From the NCBI GenBank assembly GCA_964423705.1, contig CAYRGA010000001.1, forward strand, positions 15,788-59,492: DNA of 43,705 nt, given 5' to 3'. Both the position numbers and the translations under genes were made by a program. The notes beneath the pieces are model-generated. The model was given only the letters and a program-made list of their open reading frames with translations, did not search any database and had not been told where the DNA came from. The stretch comes from an uncultured Oscillospiraceae bacterium (lineage in GTDB: Bacteria > Bacillota > Clostridia > UMGS1810). Below are positions 9,467 to 17,721 of this stretch, piece by piece (the first letter of the stretch is position 1; each line of letters begins with the position of its first letter).

Positions 9467-10147
9467 CTACTTGTTTATGACATCGCATACCTCCAGAACC
9501 CCGTCGGCAACGGTAAATTTTATCTCCAAAGATGCATAGCACACCGCATACACCCTGTCGCCGTCAGGCTTATAAGACGGTCTGGGGTCGTTTTTTAAAA
9601 GTGCATAAACAGCATCCAGATGCTCCGAAGGTATTTTGTCCGAAAGCTCCGGTGCTATGCTCACCTCAAGCGCATAGCCCGATTTTTCATCAGCGAAGCC
9701 GCAAACGGCATCGGTGTGGCTGTCCGTAAAAGCGATATACGGCTTAATATCGAATATCGGTGTTCCATCAAGCATGTCCGCTCCCGATACATGCAATACC
9801 GCTCCTTTTTCCTTGGTATATTCTATTCTTTCCAGCTTAACCGACGAAAGGCCCAGCTCATTCGGGCGAAACGGCGACCGCGTGGCGAAAACACCCACAC
9901 GTCTATTGCCACCCAAACGCGGCGGACGTACCGTTGGTGACCATTCGCTGCGCACGCTTTTTGAAAAATGCCATATAAGCCAAATGTGCGAATACCCCTC
10001 CAAGCCGCGAACCGCATCACGGACTCTGTACTTCGGTTCAAATACTATTCTTCCACGTGAGGGCACAAGCCCGCTCTGCCTGGGTATTCCGAACTTTTCC
10101 CTGTAATCCGTTTCAATATGTGCTATTACCTCAAGCTCTGTTTTCAT
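9467..10147 (-). CDS. trmO: tRNA (N6-threonylcarbamoyladenosine37-N6)-methyltransferase TrmO/TsaA family
   Basis: YaeB-like motifs GIPRQSGLV and VFATRSPFRPNELGLS. ATGA start/stop overlap with nnrE. Confidence 0.85.
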   Translation of the reverse strand: MKTELEVIAHIETDYREKFGIPRQSGLVPSRGRIVFEPKYRVRDAVRGLEGYSHIWLIWHFSKSVRSEWSPTVRPPRLGGNRRVGVFATRSPFRPNELGLSSVKLERIEYTKEKGAVLHVSGADMLDGTPIFDIKPYIAFTDSHTDAVCGFADEKSGYALEVSIAPELSDKIPSEHLDAVYALLKNDPRPSYKPDGDRVYAVCYASLEIKFTVADGVLEVCDVINK

Positions 10148-10959
10148 ACTTCCGCTCCGTTTTCAAAAATATACGTTTCCGTGCCGTTTGTAAGCACGCT
10201 GCCGCAGTCAAGCCATACGCCCTTTTGCACCGCAGCTGTTCTGAGCTTTTCCACCGCGTCAGATTCCTTCGGCAGAACAGCCTTTTCCGCTTTTATTCTT
10301 TTATCGGCAAGGTCAAGCTCATCGTCATTTTCCACAAGTGTATACGCATCACCGACTAATTGTATACCGATATCACAATTCACAATGCGCTTTGACGCTC
10401 TTGGTGCTCCGCCTACATAAAATCCGGTCTTTAAAAAGCCTATGGAAACCGTCAGATCAGAGTGTACGCACTCACCCTGCACTCCGAAGTCACCGTTTAA
10501 GCCACTGTTTATATCTACGCTTATAACGGTTTTTCCGCTTAAATTTATTTTGCTAACAGTGCCTTTTATATCCTCCGAAAGCTCTCCCTTAAAGCCTGTA
10601 CCCAGGATGCAATCAACAATTTCACTGTAACCGCTAAAGTCCGTATCGTCATTAATATACGTACTCTCTATATTTTGCTCCATGCATTTGCCGTAGTAAT
10701 ATCTGCCATCAGTTGAAAACTTATCCTTAATCAAAAACAAAGTACAGTCTATATTATGTGCTTTCAAAAAAAGTGCCAGCACATAGCCGTCACCGGCATT
10801 GTTTCCGCTGCCGCACACAATGGCAGTCCTGCCCTTCCACGGGTAGCTTTTAAACACACCCTCACCCGCTCTGTACATCAGCTCCTTGCTGTCAGTGAAA
10901 TTTTTTATGGTATATGCATCGCTTTCACGCATTGTTTTAACGGATATAACCTTTTTCAT
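10144..10959 (-). CDS. nnrE: NAD(P)H-hydrate epimerase (YjeF N-terminal domain) with a short dehydratase-like remnant tail
   Basis: GSGNNAGDGYVLA and VDINSGL motifs. I chose the ATG at 10959 (MKKVISVK), 9 nt after AGAGGTG. The listed GTG at 10971 lies inside the RBS. Confidence 0.8.
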   Translation of the reverse strand: MKKVISVKTMRESDAYTIKNFTDSKELMYRAGEGVFKSYPWKGRTAIVCGSGNNAGDGYVLALFLKAHNIDCTLFLIKDKFSTDGRYYYGKCMEQNIESTYINDDTDFSGYSEIVDCILGTGFKGELSEDIKGTVSKINLSGKTVISVDINSGLNGDFGVQGECVHSDLTVSIGFLKTGFYVGGAPRASKRIVNCDIGIQLVGDAYTLVENDDELDLADKRIKAEKAVLPKESDAVEKLRTAAVQKGVWLDCGSVLTNGTETYIFENGAEV

Positions 10960-10978
10960 AATATTATGCACCTCTTGT

Positions 10979-11017
10979 AAAAAAATGCGGAAAACATTTG
11001 ATTTTCGTTTTCCGCAT
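10979..11017 (-). terminator. Rho-independent terminator ending the cps-like operon
   Basis: 11-bp perfect stem ATGCGGAAAAC / GTTTTCCGCAT (10985-10995 / 11007-11017), followed on the minus strand by T7. Confidence 0.85.
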
Positions 11018-11027
11018 TAAATATTTA

Positions 11028-12125
11028 TTAAAGACTTTCTTCCAGAATGTCTGCAATTCTTCTGCACGCGAAGCCGTCGCCGTACGGATTGCTTGCCTTG
11101 CTCATTTTATCATAAGCAGCTTTGTTTTCAAGCAGCTCCTTGAAATTTGAATATATGGTTTCCTCATCCGTGCCTACCAGCTTAAGAGTTCCGGCAGCTA
11201 TACCCTCCGGGCGTTCCGTGGTATCACGCATTACAAGTACCGGTTTGCCCAGTGACGGTGCTTCCTCCTGAATTCCACCGCTGTCGGTCAGTATCATATA
11301 GCTGTTTGCGAGGAAATTATGAAAATCCAAAACCTCCAAGGGCTCTATGATGTGAATCCTGTCACATCCGCCAAGCTCCTGCTTTGCCGCCTCACGTACA
11401 ACCGGATTCATGTGTATGGGATATATAGCCTTTACATCAGGATGCTCATCCATTATGCGGCGAATCGCTCTGAACATATGATGCATGGGCTCGCCGAGAT
11501 TTTCACGTCTGTGCGCTGTGATGGTTATGAGTCTGCTGCCCTTCGCCCATTCAAGCTCCGGGTGTGTATAACCTTCACGTACAGTGGTTTTAAGCGCATC
11601 GATGGCAGTATTTCCCGTAATAAATATCGTACTTTCATCCTTGCCTTCTTTTATAAGATTATCACTTGACATCTTCGTAGGGGCGAAATTATACTTCGCT
11701 ATTATGCTTACCGCCTGGCGGTTAAATTCCTCCGGGTACGGAGAATAGATATTATATGTTCTGAGACCCGCCTCCACGTGACCTATCGGCACTTGCATAT
11801 AAAAGCAAGCCAATGCCGTCACAAAGGTTGTGGATGTATCGCCGTGCACCAGCACAACATCCGGCTTTTCAGCCTCTATAACGGTTTTAACCTTTTCAAG
11901 TATGCTCACTGTTATATCAAAGAGTGTCTGCTTATCCTTCATTACCGCAAGGTTATACTCGGGCTCCACCCCGAAAACCTCCAGCACCTGAGCAAGCATC
12001 TCTCTGTGCTGACCGGTAACGCAGACAACGGTTTGCAGATTTTTCCTTGTTTTCAGTTCGTTTACAAGCGGACACATTTTAATCGCTTCCGGTCTTGTGC
12101 CGAATACAAGCATTACCTTTTTCAT
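11028..12125 (-). CDS. wecB: UDP-N-acetylglucosamine 2-epimerase (non-hydrolysing)
   Basis: 365 aa. Family hallmarks include MKKVMLVFGTRPEAIKM, VHGDTSTT, HVEAGLRT, ILTDSGGIQEEAPSLGKPVLVMRDTTERPE. Confidence 0.9.
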   Translation of the reverse strand: MKKVMLVFGTRPEAIKMCPLVNELKTRKNLQTVVCVTGQHREMLAQVLEVFGVEPEYNLAVMKDKQTLFDITVSILEKVKTVIEAEKPDVVLVHGDTSTTFVTALACFYMQVPIGHVEAGLRTYNIYSPYPEEFNRQAVSIIAKYNFAPTKMSSDNLIKEGKDESTIFITGNTAIDALKTTVREGYTHPELEWAKGSRLITITAHRRENLGEPMHHMFRAIRRIMDEHPDVKAIYPIHMNPVVREAAKQELGGCDRIHIIEPLEVLDFHNFLANSYMILTDSGGIQEEAPSLGKPVLVMRDTTERPEGIAAGTLKLVGTDEETIYSNFKELLENKAAYDKMSKASNPYGDGFACRRIADILEESL

Positions 12126-12140
12126 AAGTTATATTCCCTC

Positions 12141-12938
12141 TCATTTATTTTTGCTGCGAAATTTCGATATGATTTTATCAATTACATTCTTTTTCTCGTT
12201 TTCATAGCGGTGACCGTAACCGTAGCCGCTTCCATAACCGTAGCTGCTTCCGTAGCCATAACCATAACCATAGCCATAGCCGTAACCGTATCCGCCATTT
12301 TTCGAACCCTGACCGCATTTATTTAAAATGCATCCGAGTATCTTACAATCAGCCTTTTTCAGCTCCGCAATTGTTCCGTTTACGATTTTACTGCTCATCT
12401 TACCGGAGGAAATAACCACGATGACACCGTCTGCCGCAGATGAAGCCAGAACTCCGTCAACCACAAGACCCGTGGGCGGTGTGTCAAGTATTACATAATC
12501 ATATTTCTCACGAAGGCAGGAAATAAGCTCCTTATATGCATCCTGTGAAAGAAGTTCACTCGGATTCGGAGGGAAAGCTCCGGCAGGGATTACGTCCAAA
12601 TAAGGATTTTGAGTTTTGGCGATAACCTCATCAAGGCTGTTTTCACCTACCAAATAATGTGCCAAGCCCTTTAATTCCGTATGAATATCGTGCTTTGTAA
12701 GGAATGTGGAATTTCTCAAATCCGCATCAAGATACAGGGTTTTCTTTTCGGTTTCTGCCAGTGACCACGCCAGCTTAAAGGAGATTTCTGTTTTGCCCTC
12801 GTTGGGAACTGAGCTTGTAATGGCGATAACCTTCATTTCCTTTCCGCTGAACTGCACATTGGTTCTTAACTTTTTATAGGATTCACTTTCCAAAAAGCTT
12901 TTGCTTTTTTTCGGTGCTACAGTTATAACTTCAGCCAT
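12141..12938 (-). CDS. CpsD/CapB-type bacterial tyrosine kinase (BY-kinase) with an extreme (GY)n C-terminal tail
   Basis: Walker A SSVPNEGKTE, Walker A' YLDADLR, Walker B YVILDTPP. The C-terminal tail is GGYGYGYGYGYGYGYGSSYGYGSGYGYG. Confidence 0.9.
   Translation of the reverse strand: MAEVITVAPKKSKSFLESESYKKLRTNVQFSGKEMKVIAITSSVPNEGKTEISFKLAWSLAETEKKTLYLDADLRNSTFLTKHDIHTELKGLAHYLVGENSLDEVIAKTQNPYLDVIPAGAFPPNPSELLSQDAYKELISCLREKYDYVILDTPPTGLVVDGVLASSAADGVIVVISSGKMSSKIVNGTIAELKKADCKILGCILNKCGQGSKNGGYGYGYGYGYGYGYGSSYGYGSGYGYGHRYENEKKNVIDKIISKFRSKNK
12213..12296 (-). repeat. Imperfect 6-nt (GGN-TAY) tandem repeat encoding the Gly-Tyr tail of the BY-kinase
   Basis: The plus strand reads ACCGTAACCGTAGCC...ATAACCATAACCATAGCCATAGCCGTAACCGTATCC. 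It is in frame within the CDS. Confidence 0.85.
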
Positions 12939-13686
12939 TTTTCTTACTCTCCTTTACTGCGGATTTTTTGACTTTTTCCTTTATCGGCTTGGAACTCTCA
13001 TTCTCCGAAGCACTGTCGCCGCGATAAGGTATCGACGAAAATACTGTAAGTCCCAGCAACCTCTCGGCATCTTCCTGAGTGGTAATCTTTTTATTAAACA
13101 TAGATATCAAAAAGCAAACAGCAGCCGTCAGAAACGCTCCTACCATGCCGCCCAGCAGAGTATTTTGCATTACATTCGGCGAAGACGGTGCGATAGGTGT
13201 ATTCGGCACTTCAAAGGTTTTAATGGAGTCAACTCCCACATAGTCACCGGTATACTCCTCCGTCGTTTCGCATATAGTTTCGGCTATACTCTTGGCGATC
13301 TTGGGGTCCGGACTTAACACCGACAGTTTAAGAACTCGTGTATCCTGAGGAACACTTATGTTTACCGATGACAAAAGCTGCTCCGGCGTACATTCAAGCT
13401 CCAGCTTATCTATTACCTTCTGCATAAGCTGACGGCTCTTTATTATTTCCACGCAGTCATTCACCAAGCCGACCGCAATCTGTACATCGCTGTATGTCGT
13501 GAAGGTTTCGCTGCTTATAACCTTAATAACCATTTTGGCATCCGAGCGATAAAGCGGGGTAATGCACAGTTTCGTGTACGAAAATGATATAATCGCGGTT
13601 ATAATTCCCACTATCACTATCTTCGCTATATTGTTTTTAATTATATTGAATATATCTATAATGTTTATCTCTTTTTCAGTATCCAT
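12931..13686 (-). CDS. Wzz/CpsC-type chain-length determinant and transmembrane activator of the BY-kinase
   Basis: An N-terminal transmembrane helix (IVIVGIITAIISF), a periplasm-like loop and a second helix (LLGGMVGAFLTAAVCFLI). The stop overlaps the kinase start. Confidence 0.85.
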   Translation of the reverse strand: MDTEKEINIIDIFNIIKNNIAKIVIVGIITAIISFSYTKLCITPLYRSDAKMVIKVISSETFTTYSDVQIAVGLVNDCVEIIKSRQLMQKVIDKLELECTPEQLLSSVNISVPQDTRVLKLSVLSPDPKIAKSIAETICETTEEYTGDYVGVDSIKTFEVPNTPIAPSSPNVMQNTLLGGMVGAFLTAAVCFLISMFNKKITTQEDAERLLGLTVFSSIPYRGDSASENESSKPIKEKVKKSAVKESKKNG

Positions 13687-13688
13687 TT

Positions 13689-14408
13689 TTACTCTCCTTC
13701 ATTGGTAAATATTTTTTTAGCATTGCTAAACATTATTTTATCTGCATATTCCTGAGAAGAAAACCTACTTATTACTTCAGCACAGTGATTCAGCTGAAGC
13801 TGAGTATACAAGTCACAGTGCACATCTCCGGCAATAAAATCCACGATCTGCTTTTTTAATACCTTTTTTATAAAACGCCGCATAAAAAAGTCACTTGAAA
13901 TTACCGAATTGATATTAACCTGAACCAAAGCTCCGAAGTGCTTTATGTACTCGATATTCCCGATTTCCTTTACAAACGGTCTGTAACGCTCAACATGAGC
14001 TATAATCGGTATATAACCGATTTGGATAACACGGTGTACGGCTCCGAGTATGTCATCAAACAAAGCATACGGTGCAAATTCCAGCAATATATATTTTGTC
14101 CCACCGAGTGTCTGTAGCTTGCCGCCGCGCAGCATGCGCGGAATAACACTTGAATACTCGATTTCACATCCAAGATACAGATTTATTCCTATGCCGTTTT
14201 GACTGCATCCGTCCTTAAGCATATTAAAAGAAGAAGTTATCTTTTCATTAGAAAGCTTATATCCTCTCCTAACGGAATAATGCGGCGTAAGCACAACATC
14301 ATTTACACCCAGGCTCTCCATAGTGTGCAAAATTTTAAGTGATTCGTCAAGTGTTTTGGAACCGTCATCAATTCCGGGAATTAAATGCGAATGAATGTCA
14401 AATAACAT
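13689..14408 (-). CDS. CpsB/CapC-type PHP-family protein-tyrosine phosphatase
   Basis: MLFDIHSHLIPGIDDG N-terminus and AHVERY and GDVH metal-ligand motifs. I chose the start at 14408 because the listed GTG at 14444 sits about 4 nt from the predicted transcription start. Confidence 0.8.
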   Translation of the reverse strand: MLFDIHSHLIPGIDDGSKTLDESLKILHTMESLGVNDVVLTPHYSVRRGYKLSNEKITSSFNMLKDGCSQNGIGINLYLGCEIEYSSVIPRMLRGGKLQTLGGTKYILLEFAPYALFDDILGAVHRVIQIGYIPIIAHVERYRPFVKEIGNIEYIKHFGALVQVNINSVISSDFFMRRFIKKVLKKQIVDFIAGDVHCDLYTQLQLNHCAEVISRFSSQEYADKIMFSNAKKIFTNEGE

Positions 14409-14454
14409 GTAAAACCACACATCCCCACTATAATTAATTATCACTATCTAAATC

Positions 14455-14483
14455 ATTTTATCACATTTAAAGTAATTAGTCAA
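14455..14483 (-). promoter_or_regulatory. Sigma-70 promoter of the cpsB-wzz-kinase-wecB operon
   Basis: On the minus strand: TTGACT (14483-14478), 17-nt spacer, TAAAAT (14460-14455), preceded by an extended -10 TGn. Confidence 0.55.
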
Positions 14484-14527
14484 TACCGCGTTTTCGTAAT
14501 ATCACCAGGTGTTTTAAAAGATTTTTA

Positions 14528-14556
14528 TTGACACCGTGAGCTTCGTGTACTATACT
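14528..14556 (+). promoter_or_regulatory. Sigma-70 promoter of the secreted nuclease gene, divergent from the cps promoter
   Basis: TTGACA (14528-14533), 17-nt spacer, TATACT (14551-14556). Confidence 0.55.
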
Positions 14557-14613
14557 TCTGATATAGCATGCATCCTGTCCGATGCAAAGAAAAGATTAAT
14601 TGAAGGTGATACG

Positions 14614-15873
14614 ATGAAAAAGCCAAAAATTCTGTTGCTTGCAGCCGTGATTGCCGGCACGTTTTCCTTGTCGCCCCATACCTTAGCAAGCAATATGCCC
14701 GACATTGTCGTAAAAATGCAGATTGACAATCCCCTAATGGAAATAAATGGTGTAAAAACAGAGATAGACGTCGGCCTGACTACAGCTCCCGTAATCAAAA
14801 ATGACCGTACTTTGGTTCCTATAAGATCTGTAGCCGAAACCTTCGGCGGTAAAGTCACCTGGAATGAAGATACACGTTCCATTCTCCTTACCATGGATGG
14901 TGACGAAATCGAACTGACTATCGACAGTGATATCGCACACATAAACGGAAACGCCGAGGTTCTTGACACCGCTCCGACCGTTATAAACGACCGCACAATG
15001 CTCCCGCTTCGATTCATTGCGGAGAGTTTTAAACTGGGAGTGGCATGGGATGAAAGTACTCAAACCGTATCTCTGATACGAAATTCCTTCGACGATAACG
15101 AACACAATGCGCTTGAAAGTGTACTGATCGAATATTCGGGTCAGCCATACATGCAGATTAACAATAATATCCCATTTTTCAAAAGCTACGAAATTATAAA
15201 CGGCTCCTTTGAATACTACAGCAGACTCGATGAGCTCGGCAGATGTGATGTATGCTTTGCATCCGTAGCGAAGGACACCATGCCCGCAGCCGACCGAGAG
15301 AGCATCTCCGCAGTAACACCCACAGGCTGGATAAATGCCTCATATGATAACATAGACGGCGGATATATTTACAACAGATGTCACTTGATAGGCTTTCAGC
15401 TTACGGGCGAAAACGCCAATGAAAGAAACCTTATTACAGGTACAAGGTACTTGAACATAGACGGAATGCTTCCTTTTGAAAATCAGATAGCAGATTACGT
15501 AAACAAAACCGAAAATCATGTGCTGTACCGCTCAACCCCTGTTTTCACAGACAGCAATTCGGTCGCAGACGGTGTTCTTTTGGAAGCATATTCGGTAGAA
15601 GATAACGGCGGGGGAATATCATTCTGTGTATTCTGCTACAATGTACAGCCGGGTATCACAATTGATTATTTAACGGGAGAAAGCAGTTATTCGGGTCAGG
15701 CATCCGTACCGATTAATGACAATACCGCTTCGAAAATTTATCGAACACCGAGCGGTAAAAAATATCATTCAAGTGTCGAATGCGGTGGCAAAAACAGTTA
15801 TGAAATATCGTGGGATGAAGCAGTAAAATCAAAGCTTACACCATGTTCAAAATGCATCGGCTCATCAAAGTAA
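14614..15873 (+). CDS. Secreted DNA/RNA non-specific endonuclease with an N-terminal copper-amine-oxidase-like (stalk) domain and a Cys/His-rich tail
   Basis: ATG at 14614, 5 nt after AGGTGA. Signal peptide MKKPKILLLAAVIAGTFSLSPHTLA. Two repeats of the form NDRTLVPIRSVAETFGGKVTW / NDRTMLPLRFIAESFKLGVAW. Nuclease core RCHLIGFQLTGENANERNLITGTRYLN. Tail KYHSSVECGG..TPCSKC. Confidence 0.8.
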   Translation: MKKPKILLLAAVIAGTFSLSPHTLASNMPDIVVKMQIDNPLMEINGVKTEIDVGLTTAPVIKNDRTLVPIRSVAETFGGKVTWNEDTRSILLTMDGDEIELTIDSDIAHINGNAEVLDTAPTVINDRTMLPLRFIAESFKLGVAWDESTQTVSLIRNSFDDNEHNALESVLIEYSGQPYMQINNNIPFFKSYEIINGSFEYYSRLDELGRCDVCFASVAKDTMPAADRESISAVTPTGWINASYDNIDGGYIYNRCHLIGFQLTGENANERNLITGTRYLNIDGMLPFENQIADYVNKTENHVLYRSTPVFTDSNSVADGVLLEAYSVEDNGGGISFCVFCYNVQPGITIDYLTGESSYSGQASVPINDNTASKIYRTPSGKKYHSSVECGGKNSYEISWDEAVKSKLTPCSKCIGSSK

Positions 15874-15899
15874 AAGACAGATTCATAAAATGATTATTT

Positions 15900-15935
15900 A
15901 AACAGCGGCTGTGCATATCGCACAGCCGCCTTTAA
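15900..15935. terminator. Hairpin copy A, a probable bidirectional terminator between the nuclease and GH genes
   Basis: 10-bp perfect stem GCGGCTGTGC (15905-15914) / GCACAGCCGC (15920-15929) with loop ATATC. It is nearly identical to the element at 17691-17726. Confidence 0.6.
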
Positions 15936-16047
15936 TGTATGTTTCTTTGTCGTCGGCTCAAAGAAACCTCACAAAATCTGATACATTTTTATCACATTTT
16001 CGTTCCAAATCAACTCCAATCACCGACAAGGAACCGTCTTTTTATTT

Positions 16048-17451
16048 TTAAAATTCGCCCATAACCAACAATAGCGGTGTATCCTTAACAGGCATATCCT
16101 TTATATGATACACCCCATTTCCCTTGTTTTCAATCATCCTGTCCGGTATTTTATAAACTGTACCATCCATGATATCGATTATTTTGAATTTGTCATATTC
16201 CGTGAAGAATGTCATATCTGCGACGGTTTCAACCGTGGTCGTCAGTATGTTTGAGGGATACCAATATACAAAGCATTTTCCGTTTTCCTTTTCAAATGCA
16301 CCCGTTATCAGTTCCTTTCGAACAACACGATTTTCACCGACAAATTCGGAATATCCGCCGCAAAACATCAGTGGAATTTTACACGGCTTGAAATCCTCTG
16401 CAAAAACCGAGCAAATATTCTGCAAGGTGTAATACGACGGCTTTTCATAATATGTTCCTACTGATTTTCCATTCTCGTCAAAATCCGCTCCCAATACACC
16501 GAAATAGCCATAGTCAAGGTATGAGGCAGTATTGTCTACCGCACCGTTTAATGCCTCTATCATATCCATGCATGAAAAATACGAGGTGAAATGCACACCC
16601 GAAATTAAGTCACAGAGCATATGACGTGCAAGCTGTTTCGCCTGAATTTCTTCCGTCCAGCCCATACCACACACAGCACCGTGACCGCCGGTTCGTGACT
16701 GCGAACCGGATTCGCCTTGTATTATTTCAATACTCGGGTTGTAAAAATGTGCCAGCTCCCTGTATGCCTCAACCGTTTCAAAAACGCTTGTTTCGTCGTG
16801 AGTGTATTCGTGAAAAGAGATGAAATCGATGTAATCTCCCATCCCCGTCTTTAATGCATCGTTCAAATACGCCAGGTCGCGCGTACATACAACCCCGCCG
16901 ATAACCTTTGCATCAGGCTTTATTTCCTTTATGTATCTTCCGGTGTCACGCGTAAACATTCCAAGCTCGACGGCGTTGGGACCAGGCTTCCAGCACCACT
17001 GCCCATCCGGTTCGTTCCAAACTTCATAATAATTTATTCTGTTTTCAAAATGTTTTACGAAGGCTTTTACATAGTTTTCCCATCCGTTTTTTTGTTCCTC
17101 GGTAAAAATCGGAACACAGCCGACAGCTCCGAATACATTCTTCGCCTCTTCGTTATATAGTTCATTTCCGTAGCACAAGCAAACCCATGGCTCAATGTCC
17201 CTTTTCAAAAAATTGTCAACTATTTTATCAATCCATTCAAAATCGTATACACCCTTTTTCTTTTCGGTTCTCGCCCAGCCGCTCTGTATTCTCGCAAGCT
17301 TAACTCCGATTTTTGCCACCTTATCATATGCCTTTTCCGGGTCGAAAACATCACGGTCAAGTTTTTCAAAGCCCAGGCTGATTCTTGAAAAGCCTATATC
17401 ACACGAACTTTTGGGTATTACCTTTCCGATTTTTTCAAGCTGTCGTATCAT
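16048..17451 (-). CDS. Cytoplasmic clan GH-A (beta/alpha)8 glycoside hydrolase, GH39/GH5-like
   Basis: YYEVWNEPDG (acid/base NEP motif) and IIQGESGSQ (candidate nucleophile). No signal peptide. ATG at 17451 (MIRQLEKIG), 8 nt after GAGGAGG. Confidence 0.7.
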   Translation of the reverse strand: MIRQLEKIGKVIPKSSCDIGFSRISLGFEKLDRDVFDPEKAYDKVAKIGVKLARIQSGWARTEKKKGVYDFEWIDKIVDNFLKRDIEPWVCLCYGNELYNEEAKNVFGAVGCVPIFTEEQKNGWENYVKAFVKHFENRINYYEVWNEPDGQWCWKPGPNAVELGMFTRDTGRYIKEIKPDAKVIGGVVCTRDLAYLNDALKTGMGDYIDFISFHEYTHDETSVFETVEAYRELAHFYNPSIEIIQGESGSQSRTGGHGAVCGMGWTEEIQAKQLARHMLCDLISGVHFTSYFSCMDMIEALNGAVDNTASYLDYGYFGVLGADFDENGKSVGTYYEKPSYYTLQNICSVFAEDFKPCKIPLMFCGGYSEFVGENRVVRKELITGAFEKENGKCFVYWYPSNILTTTVETVADMTFFTEYDKFKIIDIMDGTVYKIPDRMIENKGNGVYHIKDMPVKDTPLLLVMGEF

Positions 17452-17487
17452 AATAAATCCTCCTCGCATTTACATTATCATACGACA

Positions 17488-17522
17488 ATTTTATCACACA
17501 ATCATTTTGATTCCTATCAAAA
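17488..17522 (-). promoter_or_regulatory. Extended -10 promoter candidate with an overlapping palindrome upstream of the GH-A gene
   Basis: On the minus strand: TGATAAAAT (17496-17488). Perfect inverted repeat TTTTGAT-N4-ATCAAAA at 17505-17522, over the -35 zone. Confidence 0.35.
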
Positions 17523-17684
17523 TATTAGCAATTTTGTTAGAAATCTTATTAACAATAAAAGATTTAGACGTTGTCTTATTTTTCCGTCACCGACAATACC
17601 AAATTTCATAGAATGGCTTAAGTTTCTCTATTCGACTTTACCCCGACTGTTGACAAAGAACCGGCATTGATGCCCGTTATAGCA

Positions 17685-17721
17685 TAAAATAAAACAGCGG
17701 CTGCGCATATCGCACAGCCGC
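17685..17721 (-). terminator. Rho-independent terminator of the hydrogenase operon (hairpin copy B)
   Basis: Stem GCGGCTGCGC (17697-17706) / GCACAGCCGC (17712-17721) with one C-A mismatch and loop ATATC. On the minus strand it is followed by TGTTTTATTTTAT. Confidence 0.75.

Noticed and set aside
12187-12300. A short-period DNA repeat that could be mistaken for a CRISPR-like or microsatellite array.
   Set aside because: The period is 6 nt, there are no spacers, and it is in frame within the BY-kinase CDS, where it encodes the Gly-Tyr tail.
14536-14613. An upstream GTG extension of the nuclease ORF (MSFVYYTSDIACILSDAKKRLIEGDT).
   Set aside because: It has no RBS and overlaps the predicted -10 element and transcription start. 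The ATG at 14614 has an AGGTGA RBS and is followed immediately by a signal peptide.
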